From an uncultured Pseudomonadales bacterium (GTDB lineage Bacteria > Pseudomonadota > Gammaproteobacteria > Pseudomonadales > JADFDG01), in assembly GCA_964574995.1 (NCBI GenBank), contig CAZNPF010000013.1, positions 9,050-73,049 on the forward strand: a stretch of 64,000 nucleotides of DNA, written 5' to 3'. The translations under genes were made by a program, and so were the position numbers. The number at the start of each line of letters is the position of its first letter. Positions within the stretch are counted from its first letter, which is position 1. Positions 41,652 through 48,365 of the stretch are shown here, one piece after another. The notes below the pieces were generated by a model. The model was given only the letters and a program-made list of their open reading frames with translations, had not been told where the DNA came from and did no database searches.

Positions 41652-42314
41652 ATGGCAACTGCGAATGAACCCGGCCTGATTATGAGTGCCGTCCATTTTT
41701 TCCAGGTCGGCGGATTCTGGATGTACCCCATCCTGCTGACGCTCATCGCCGGCATTTTTATCGGCTTTGAACGTTATTTCTTTTTGCAGTCGACGACCAA
41801 TCGCAATAGCAAAGCTTGGGATGATCTTTTCCCGTTGCTGAGCAAAGGCAACTTCAAGCAAGCACTCGACACCGCCAAGAAATCTGAGACATTCATGGGC
41901 AACATCATTGCTGCAGGTCTGGCACGTTCTGTCAGCGCACGCCGCACTGAAGACATTGAATTGGCGATGGAAGAAGCCTTGATGGAAGTGTTGCCGCGTT
42001 TGGAAAAGCGCACGCACTACCTGTCTACGCTGGCCAACGTTGCTACGCTGCTCGGCCTGCTTGGAACCATCGTGGGCCTGATCCACGCATTTACCGCGGT
42101 AGCCAGCGCCGACCCGGCTGAAAAAGCCAACATGCTGTCGGCAGCCGTGGGCGAAGCCATGAACTGTACGGCGTTCGGACTGGTGACCGCGATCCCGATG
42201 CTGGTTCTGTTCTCTTTCCTGCAATCAAAAGCGGGAGAGACAGTCGCGAGCTTCGAATCTGCGTCTGTCAAATGCTTGAACCTAATCCGTCAATTCGCCA
42301 GCAAGGCCGAGTGA
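41652..42314 (+). CDS. MotA/TolQ/ExbB family proton-channel protein
   Basis: 220 aa with three TM segments. Signature motifs are ATLLGLLGTIVGLI and NCTAFGLVTAIP. AGGAG lies upstream. Confidence 0.9.
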   Translation: MATANEPGLIMSAVHFFQVGGFWMYPILLTLIAGIFIGFERYFFLQSTTNRNSKAWDDLFPLLSKGNFKQALDTAKKSETFMGNIIAAGLARSVSARRTEDIELAMEEALMEVLPRLEKRTHYLSTLANVATLLGLLGTIVGLIHAFTAVASADPAEKANMLSAAVGEAMNCTAFGLVTAIPMLVLFSFLQSKAGETVASFESASVKCLNLIRQFASKAE

Positions 42315-42344
42315 TCCCTCTGACCTGATACACCAGGAGTCGCT

Positions 42345-42860
42345 ATGAGGGCCAAGAAGCCTCGCGAAATGGAGGCCGACCTCGACATGACCACCTTCAT
42401 TAACTTGATGGTGGTTCTGCTCGCATTCCTGCTGGTTACCGCGGTGTTCACCGAGGTTACACGTCTGAACGTGAACCTCCCTGCTCCGGGTGCTGGCGGA
42501 TCGGCTGATAACAATAAACCTGCCTTAGTGCTGGAAGTTACCCTTTATAAGGATCGGATTCTCGTCGCTAACCAGACGACCGGCCCACTGAAGGAATTTC
42601 CGGCCACGTCCGACGGTCTCGACTTCAAAGGTCTCAAGGATTTTCTGATCGAGTTAAAAGATCAGTACCCGGCTGTGACCGAGGTATCCCTGATGCTGGA
42701 AGCCGACACTCCCTATGACTTGATCATTCAAGGCATGGATGCGGTTCGCTACAAGCCACGCATGGTCAACGGCAAGCAAATCAAAGCTGCTCTGTTTCCG
42801 GACATCAGTTTTGCCAGCGCCTTACCACCGCCAGCTCCGGCGGCAGGAGGCACGCCGTGA
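42345..42860 (+). CDS. ExbD/TolR family protein, paralogue 1 (Asn at the conserved TM Asp position)
   Basis: 171 aa. The TM segment DMTTFINLMVVLLAFLLV aligns with E. coli ExbD NVTPFIDVMLVLLIIFMV, so D25 corresponds to N here. AGGAG RBS. Confidence 0.85.
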   Translation: MRAKKPREMEADLDMTTFINLMVVLLAFLLVTAVFTEVTRLNVNLPAPGAGGSADNNKPALVLEVTLYKDRILVANQTTGPLKEFPATSDGLDFKGLKDFLIELKDQYPAVTEVSLMLEADTPYDLIIQGMDAVRYKPRMVNGKQIKAALFPDISFASALPPPAPAAGGTP

Positions 42861-43357
42861 AACAGTCTGCTCGCGCAAAACGCATGCTGCGCCGTCATAA
42901 GTTCAACAAGCCGGCGGTTATCCAGCTGACTTCGTTGATCGACATTCTCACGGTTCTGGTGTTCTTCCTGCTGGTCAACCAGCAGAACGTCACCCAGATT
43001 CCTGGGGGTGATCAGATGCAGTTACCGCATTCAACTGCTGAAGAAATGCCGGTTGAATCGCTGACGGTGCTACTCACGAAAGACGCGATCATCGTGCAGG
43101 GGGTGAAAGTCGCTGATATGGCCGCTGTGGCTAATTCGGACGAACCACTCATCCCGGGCCTCGCTCAGGAACTGCAATATCGTGCATCCAAGACTCCACC
43201 CAAAATCAACGACCAAGGTCTTCCAGAGCGGGAGATCATGATCCTGGGCGACAAGGAGATTCCGTTCTCTTTGCTGCGCAAAGTCATGGCCACTTGTAGC
43301 GAGAATGATTATTCGAAAATTTCCTTCGCAGTCTTGCGCAAGAAGGAAGGTGCGTGA
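42857..43357 (+). CDS. ExbD/TolR family protein, paralogue 2 (conserved TM Asp present)
   Basis: The GTG start overlaps the upstream TGA (GTGA), with AGGAGG 7 nt upstream. The TM segment QLTSLIDILTVLVFFLLV retains the Asp. Confidence 0.85.
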   Translation: MKQSARAKRMLRRHKFNKPAVIQLTSLIDILTVLVFFLLVNQQNVTQIPGGDQMQLPHSTAEEMPVESLTVLLTKDAIIVQGVKVADMAAVANSDEPLIPGLAQELQYRASKTPPKINDQGLPEREIMILGDKEIPFSLLRKVMATCSENDYSKISFAVLRKKEGA

Positions 43358-44319
43358 TGGCGGCGAACCCGTTTGAAGGCATCTCTCGCTTTGATTATCT
43401 GACCGGGTCTTATCTCGCATGGGATAGCATCGACGGCGATCGCAAACGCAATCGTTGGCTGGCGCTAATCGCGCTGCTGTTGACGATTGGCATCGTGAGC
43501 GTGGTCGTTAGTATCGACGTGCCCAAGGTTGATCGTGCTGTTGCCGAAAAGGTACCGGAACGATTAGCCAAACTGGTCATGGAGAAAAAACTGGAACCAC
43601 CTCCGCCGCCACCGCCCAAAGTGGAGGAGAAAAAAGAAGAAGAAAAACCTGAGGAGAAAAAGCCAGAAGAAAAACCGACGGAAGTTCAGGTAACCAAAGC
43701 CAAGGCGAAAGCCGAAAAGGCTATGGCCGAAGCTAAAAAAGAGCTGAGCGCCATGCAGGACCTGACGTCAGCGTTTGATTTTGGTAATGCTCCTCTGACC
43801 AAGGCTGGCGCAGCTGGTCCGGGCAACGACTTCGTCGCTCGCGACACGCTCACCAGCCGTGCCGGGAAAGGTTCCGGTGGCGTCACCATGGGCACCACGT
43901 CCAGTGGCGGTGGTGGCTACGGTCTGGCCGGTGGCGGCAAATTGGCGGGCGCTCAAGTGGCGGCTGTCGAATCCGGCATCGCATCGGGTGGCACGGGTGT
44001 CACTCGCAAGAGTGCCAGCGGCAAGTTGGAGCGCACGGAAGAAGAAATTCGCCGCATGATGGACCGCAACAACGGTGCACTGCAGGCAATTTATCAACGT
44101 GCGTTGCGCGCCAATCCAACGCTTAAAGGCCAGATCGTATTGCGGCTGGTCATTGCGCCGGATGGTTCACTCACCACGGCAGACATCACGTCATCAGAAC
44201 TCGGGGATCCGGAAACCGAGAAGAAGTTGCTCATGCGCATCAAGCTGATCAACTTCGGAGCGATCCCTGGCGTGATGGTTTGGGATGGCAAGTACACGCT
44301 CAACTTCTTCCCAAGCTGA
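43357..44319 (+). CDS. TonB-like energy-transducer: TM anchor + Pro/Glu/Lys-rich spacer + Gly-rich region + TonB-C-like (AgmX/PglI-type) domain
   Basis: TGATG overlap with the upstream gene. TM segment WLALIALLLTIGIVSVVVSI. Spacer EPPPPPPPKVEEKKEEEKPEEKKPEEKP. C-terminal domain LQAIYQRALRANPTLKGQIVLRLVIAPDGSL... Confidence 0.8.
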   Translation: MAANPFEGISRFDYLTGSYLAWDSIDGDRKRNRWLALIALLLTIGIVSVVVSIDVPKVDRAVAEKVPERLAKLVMEKKLEPPPPPPPKVEEKKEEEKPEEKKPEEKPTEVQVTKAKAKAEKAMAEAKKELSAMQDLTSAFDFGNAPLTKAGAAGPGNDFVARDTLTSRAGKGSGGVTMGTTSSGGGGYGLAGGGKLAGAQVAAVESGIASGGTGVTRKSASGKLERTEEEIRRMMDRNNGALQAIYQRALRANPTLKGQIVLRLVIAPDGSLTTADITSSELGDPETEKKLLMRIKLINFGAIPGVMVWDGKYTLNFFPS

Positions 44320-44341
44320 CGTGTAGTACCTGTGTAACAGA

Positions 44342-44372
44342 AGACGGGGCGCTACGGCGCCCCGTCTTTTTT
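44342..44372 (+). terminator. Rho-independent terminator after the TonB-like gene
   Basis: AGACGGGGCGC-TACG-GCGCCCCGTCT followed by TTTTTT. The stem is a perfect 11 bp. Confidence 0.85.
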
Positions 44373-44417
44373 ACGGTATGGTTGCGAGGTAATCCATTCG
44401 TGCGAGTTTCTACATTT

Positions 44418-44981
44418 ATGCACACCCGACTTCTCACGCTGACATTACTGCTCGCTTCAGCACTCTCCGGCTGCAAACTCATGCTGCCACCATTACTGCT
44501 GCCACCGCCCTCGGATATCGGCACCGACTACTCTGGCCCGATCTATCGCAGCCCCAGCGCCGATGCGCCGCGTGTTGTCGGTGATGCGCCCGTGCTGCCT
44601 GTCACGGCAACAGCGGACTGTCCGACGATTACAGAAACGCCCAGCCGGAAACGCAGCGACTGCAGCGTGACCTCCGTCATGACGCGCTACAACGCCGGGC
44701 TGCAATCCCTTTATCAAAAGCGACTGGCTAACGAACCGCTGCTCAAAGGCACGCTAGCGTTACGACTATCCATCGCCGCAGATGGCAGTGTCAGCGGCGT
44801 AGACGTCGCTAACAGTGCTTTGCATTCGCCCGATTTCATTCGGGAAGTGTTGGCTTATGTGCGCACGATTCCTTTCGGCGCTCTGCAAGACGTCCCAGTC
44901 TGGGCAAATAACTACACCGTCGTTTTCACACCGCCACAAGAAGTGATTCCAGACAAACCGGGCGGCCCCACCATTCACTGA
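44418..44981 (+). CDS. Lipoprotein carrying a second TonB-C-like (AgmX/PglI-type) domain
   Basis: ATG 44418 gives MHTRLLTLTLLLASALSGC-K (lipobox). The C-terminus LQSLYQKRLANEPLLKGTLALRLSIAADGSV...IPFGAL..VPVW..NYTVVFTP is a clear paralogue of the C-terminus of the preceding gene product. Confidence 0.75.
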   Translation: MHTRLLTLTLLLASALSGCKLMLPPLLLPPPSDIGTDYSGPIYRSPSADAPRVVGDAPVLPVTATADCPTITETPSRKRSDCSVTSVMTRYNAGLQSLYQKRLANEPLLKGTLALRLSIAADGSVSGVDVANSALHSPDFIREVLAYVRTIPFGALQDVPVWANNYTVVFTPPQEVIPDKPGGPTIH

Positions 44982-45578
44982 TCAATCACAGCATTGCTGC
45001 TCATCATTTGCCCCGGGCCATACAAACCGTGTTGGCTCGGGCGGCCACGCAACGCCATAGCGATTCGCCATGGCACGCGCCAGTTGCAATGCGCGTGGTG
45101 GCATCCCAGAAAAACTTCCACTGACGCTGATGCAACGCTGCAATTCTTGATGCACGGCTCGCCACAAAGAGCCCGCATCCAACGGTTCATTAATAGCCAG
45201 ATTGTCTAGGCTGACTGAAAAATGACGGCCACAGGCCACACTCAGCACCCACTCGACTGCTTGGGGTCGCGCCTCCACGCGTTCGAACTCCGCTTGACGC
45301 GCCAACGTGCGGCCATCCGGGTCGTACCAATAACCGTAGTCCATCTGTTGCCGGCGTGATTCTCCCGCCACACACCAATGCGCCAATTCATGCAGGGCAC
45401 TCTGAAAATAATCGTGCCGAAAAACAATGTCGTGCCAAGCCTGCTCATGGCTAGCCGGGCGATAAAGCGGTTCGTCGCCACCCGCGATTAGCCGCGTGCG
45501 ATGGCTGGCACCAAACTCCCTCATAAACAGGGCAATCAATGTCGAAACGTCATCGTTGTCCGCCATGAAAAAATCCAC
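44982..45578 (-). CDS. epmC: Elongation factor P hydroxylase
   Basis: It is collinear with E. coli EpmC (YfcM) as recalled: TRLI.GGDEP.Y.PA, HELAHWC.AG..RR...DYGYWY.PDGR, VEA.PQA.EW. The start may be ATG 45566. Confidence 0.8.
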   Translation of the reverse strand: MDFFMADNDDVSTLIALFMREFGASHRTRLIAGGDEPLYRPASHEQAWHDIVFRHDYFQSALHELAHWCVAGESRRQQMDYGYWYDPDGRTLARQAEFERVEARPQAVEWVLSVACGRHFSVSLDNLAINEPLDAGSLWRAVHQELQRCISVSGSFSGMPPRALQLARAMANRYGVAWPPEPTRFVWPGANDEQQCCD

Positions 45579-45622
45579 CGCTGAGCTAGAATGCTGCGTT
45601 ATATCGCCGCGCGCACCCTATC

Positions 45623-47077
45623 GTGACCTCGCTACCGACTCAATCCCCTGCTTCACCACACCCTCGCACGCAGCGCGAAGCGCGTCGTCAAGAATGGCGT
45701 GCGCTGCTGGCCTTGCTGTTGCCGATCCTCGGCGGACAAGTAGCACAAACCGCCAACGGTTTCGTCGACACCATCATGGCTGGCCAAGTGAGTCCTCTCG
45801 ATCTTGCGGCTGTCGCTGTGGGTGCCAGTATTTGGGTGCCACTTTTTTTATTTATGGTCGGCGTGATCATCGCGGCCACACCCATCTTGTCTCAGCACAT
45901 GGGTGCCGGCCGTCATGCGCATGTGGTGCCGACCGCCTGGCAAGCGCTCTGGTTGGCACTGGCCATCGGCCTGTCGGGTTTCGTTTTGCTGCGACATGTC
46001 GCGTGGCTGTTTGTGTGGATGGATGTGCCACCCGCCTTGCACGCATTGACCGTGCAATATCTCAATGGCCTGTCGTGGGGCATGCCCGGCATTGCATTGT
46101 TCATCGGTCTTCGCAGCTACACCGAATCACTGTCGCATCCCATGCCGGTATTGCTGATCAGTTTCATCGGTTTAGCAGCCAACATTCCGTTGAACTACCT
46201 CTTCATCTACGGTTTTGATCTTGGCGGACCCTTGTGGATGGCCCCCTTGGGTGGTCCGGGGTGCGGCGCCGCCACGGCGGTCGTGATGTGGCTGATGGCA
46301 GGTTTGCTGTGGCTGTATGTGCGTCACGCACCTCACTATCGTGAGCAAACGCCGGCGGGCACTCGCTTCGACACAAAGATACCGCTGCCGAATCCACGCG
46401 CATTGCTCGACATGCTGCGATTGGGTCTGCCAATCGGCATGGCTATTTTTTTTGAAGTGAGCATTTTTTCCGCCATTGCCGTGCTGCTCAGCACGCTGGG
46501 CGCCAACGTGGTTGCCGGCCATCAAATTGCGCTGAATTTTGCATCGTTGACCTTCATGTTGCCGCTGTCGGTAGGGTTAGCGCTCACCGTGCGTACCGGG
46601 CTCGCTGTCGGTGCCAATGATGCCGACGCGGCTCGGTTGGCTGTGCGCACGGGGCTCACGCTGGCCATCGGTATCGCCCTGTTCAACGCGGCTCTCTTGG
46701 TGCTGGGGCGCAATGCGATTCCTGCGCTGTACACCGATGATCCTGCTGTGCGCGCGCTGGCTTCTGCGCTGCTGATCTACGCCGCGTTGTTCCAACTCCC
46801 GGATGCACTGCAAGTCACGGCCAATGGTGCTTTGCGTGGTTTTCGCGACACGCGTGTACCGATGTGGCTGACACTGCTGGCCTACTGGTGCATCGGTTTA
46901 CCCATCGGCTGGTGGCTGGGATTCGGCACACTGTTCGGCGTCGATAGCGGCGTCACACTAGGGCCACAAGGATTCTGGATCGGGCTAGTCGCAGGCCTTA
47001 CGGTGGCCGCCCTTCTGCTCAACTATCGATTGATGCGATTAATGCGGTCGATGCGATTGATGCGCCCTTCGCTATAG
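45623..47077 (+). CDS. MATE family efflux transporter (NorM-like)
   Basis: 484 aa with 12 predicted TM segments. N-terminal LLLPILGGQVAQTANGFVDTIMAG is typical of NorM. GTG start. Confidence 0.85.
   Translation: MTSLPTQSPASPHPRTQREARRQEWRALLALLLPILGGQVAQTANGFVDTIMAGQVSPLDLAAVAVGASIWVPLFLFMVGVIIAATPILSQHMGAGRHAHVVPTAWQALWLALAIGLSGFVLLRHVAWLFVWMDVPPALHALTVQYLNGLSWGMPGIALFIGLRSYTESLSHPMPVLLISFIGLAANIPLNYLFIYGFDLGGPLWMAPLGGPGCGAATAVVMWLMAGLLWLYVRHAPHYREQTPAGTRFDTKIPLPNPRALLDMLRLGLPIGMAIFFEVSIFSAIAVLLSTLGANVVAGHQIALNFASLTFMLPLSVGLALTVRTGLAVGANDADAARLAVRTGLTLAIGIALFNAALLVLGRNAIPALYTDDPAVRALASALLIYAALFQLPDALQVTANGALRGFRDTRVPMWLTLLAYWCIGLPIGWWLGFGTLFGVDSGVTLGPQGFWIGLVAGLTVAALLLNYRLMRLMRSMRLMRPSL
47027..47062 (+). 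repeat. In-frame 9-bp x4 tandem repeat at the 3' end of the MATE gene
   Basis: CGATTGATG CGATTAATG CGGTCGATG CGATTGATG, encoding RLM-RLM-RSM-RLM. Confidence 0.8.
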
Positions 47078-47271
47078 CGATAGGCATGACAGGGCATGCG
47101 CGATAAAGGTCAGCGCAACAGAGACCACCACTGTGGATTCACTGCGACTGCCATCACGAAACCACACGTCCATCCTCGCCATAAAACCGTCTGGCGGTCG
47201 GCAATCTTGCCGACGCCGCACGACAGCGGTATGTTTTACCTCGCGCGACGTTAAACGCGATTGCTATGCAA

Positions 47272-47332
47272 CCGTTCACGCTTGCCGTTCACGCTGACTG
47301 TTAATGATTGTGTAACGATTGTGCGCCACGTG
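47272..47332 (+). promoter_or_regulatory. Two sets of direct repeats (operator-like) upstream of the orphan gene
   Basis: CCGTTCACGCT-TG-CCGTTCACGCT at 47272-47295 is an exact 11-mer x2. GATTGTG-TAAC-GATTGTG at 47306-47323 is a 7-mer x2 with 11-bp periodicity. The palindrome CACGTG lies at 47327-47332. Confidence 0.4.
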
Positions 47333-47384
47333 ATTTCCCCTCCCGGACTTTCATTCACTGAAACGTCGCGCAGGAAGGTGGTTC

Positions 47385-48101
47385 ATGGGCACCTCAAGCA
47401 CACCGCAGGATTCTACGCGCGGTCGGGTTATCGACTTCGACGCACATCGCCGCCGTCGCGACAGCGCCGGTCCGGGCCGCATCATCCGCATCACGCCGGA
47501 AAACGACGGTATTCGCACCCTGTACGGTAACGACCGTCATCCAGATCGCCTCGTCTCGCTGGACATCATCGGCTGGGCGCTGCACGAGTCCGGCACGGTA
47601 TCCGCGCTGGTGCCTTGGCTGAAAGATGTCGTCACCGCCGACCAACTCGCCGATCCACTCAATGGCCATTGCGAAGGCTACTGGGATCCCTTGGGAGAGC
47701 GACTAATTCCTGAAGCGCCCGCGCACAAGCGCGTTGAATTGCATTCGGCATTGGATTTTTTCGGGCCAGCACGCAATGACCATCAAATCATCGTGCAAAC
47801 GTTTCCCGATTCCGCCGGCACACACGTCGTGATGTCCAGCGATAGCTTCCAAACCGTCAATCTTTTTGAAGTGGTCGCGTGGCAATTACGCGGTGATGGC
47901 CGCGTGTTGGCCATGCTGGCCGACCGTGATCGCGTAACCGACACACCGGTGCTGGCCACCGATCGCTGCCTCTACCCGGCGCAGGAAAATCCTGCGTTTC
48001 GCTATTTCTTTCAGCATTCGGTGGCCAACCAACTCAAACGTCACGAGCCGGAAGCGTTGGCATGTCTGGCGGTACTGGCAGGTGGATTACCCGCTGACTG
48101 A
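47385..48101 (+). CDS. Hypothetical protein (238 aa), possible internal duplication
   Basis: ATG-started ORF with GGAAGG 8 nt upstream. I recognise no family. Confidence 0.6.
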   Translation: MGTSSTPQDSTRGRVIDFDAHRRRRDSAGPGRIIRITPENDGIRTLYGNDRHPDRLVSLDIIGWALHESGTVSALVPWLKDVVTADQLADPLNGHCEGYWDPLGERLIPEAPAHKRVELHSALDFFGPARNDHQIIVQTFPDSAGTHVVMSSDSFQTVNLFEVVAWQLRGDGRVLAMLADRDRVTDTPVLATDRCLYPAQENPAFRYFFQHSVANQLKRHEPEALACLAVLAGGLPAD

Positions 48102-48111
48102 AAATTTATCG

Positions 48112-48360
48112 TCAACTGCGCTTGCGGACGAAATAACAAAACACACCAGCGACTTCCGACTGCGCCAGCAAGGTGTGTCCCAGATGTTCGCAAAGTTTCG
48201 GGATGTCACGTGTGGTGGATGGATCATCGGCACGTACACGGATGGTTTCGCCACCGGAAATTTTCCGCAGCTTCGCATGCAATAACATCACCGGCTCCGG
48301 GCAACGCAGGCCACATACATCGAGCTCATGCTGAAATTCAGTATCCATATCGTTCGCCAT
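48112..48360 (-). CDS. TusA-family sulfurtransferase / sulfur-carrier protein
   Basis: 82 aa from ATG 48360, with the CGLRCPEP (CPxP) active-site motif. The track ORF is over-extended to 48582. Confidence 0.8.
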   Translation of the reverse strand: MANDMDTEFQHELDVCGLRCPEPVMLLHAKLRKISGGETIRVRADDPSTTRDIPKLCEHLGHTLLAQSEVAGVFCYFVRKRS

Positions 48361-48365
48361 TGCGA

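Noticed and set aside
34765-44981. Interpretation of the motor locus as an ordinary iron-uptake TonB-ExbBD system or as the housekeeping Tol-Pal operon
   Set aside because: There is no TonB-dependent receptor, Fur box or siderophore gene nearby. There is also no TolA-like long helical protein, TolB beta-propeller, Pal OmpA-like lipoprotein or YbgC. The doubled ExbD genes and the ~2,000 residues of TPR proteins do not fit either canonical operon.
45496-46218. 240-aa plus-strand ORF overlapping epmC and the MATE gene in another frame
   Set aside because: It is Arg/Cys/Ser-rich and out of frame with the well-supported 12-TM MATE ORF. It has no independent support.
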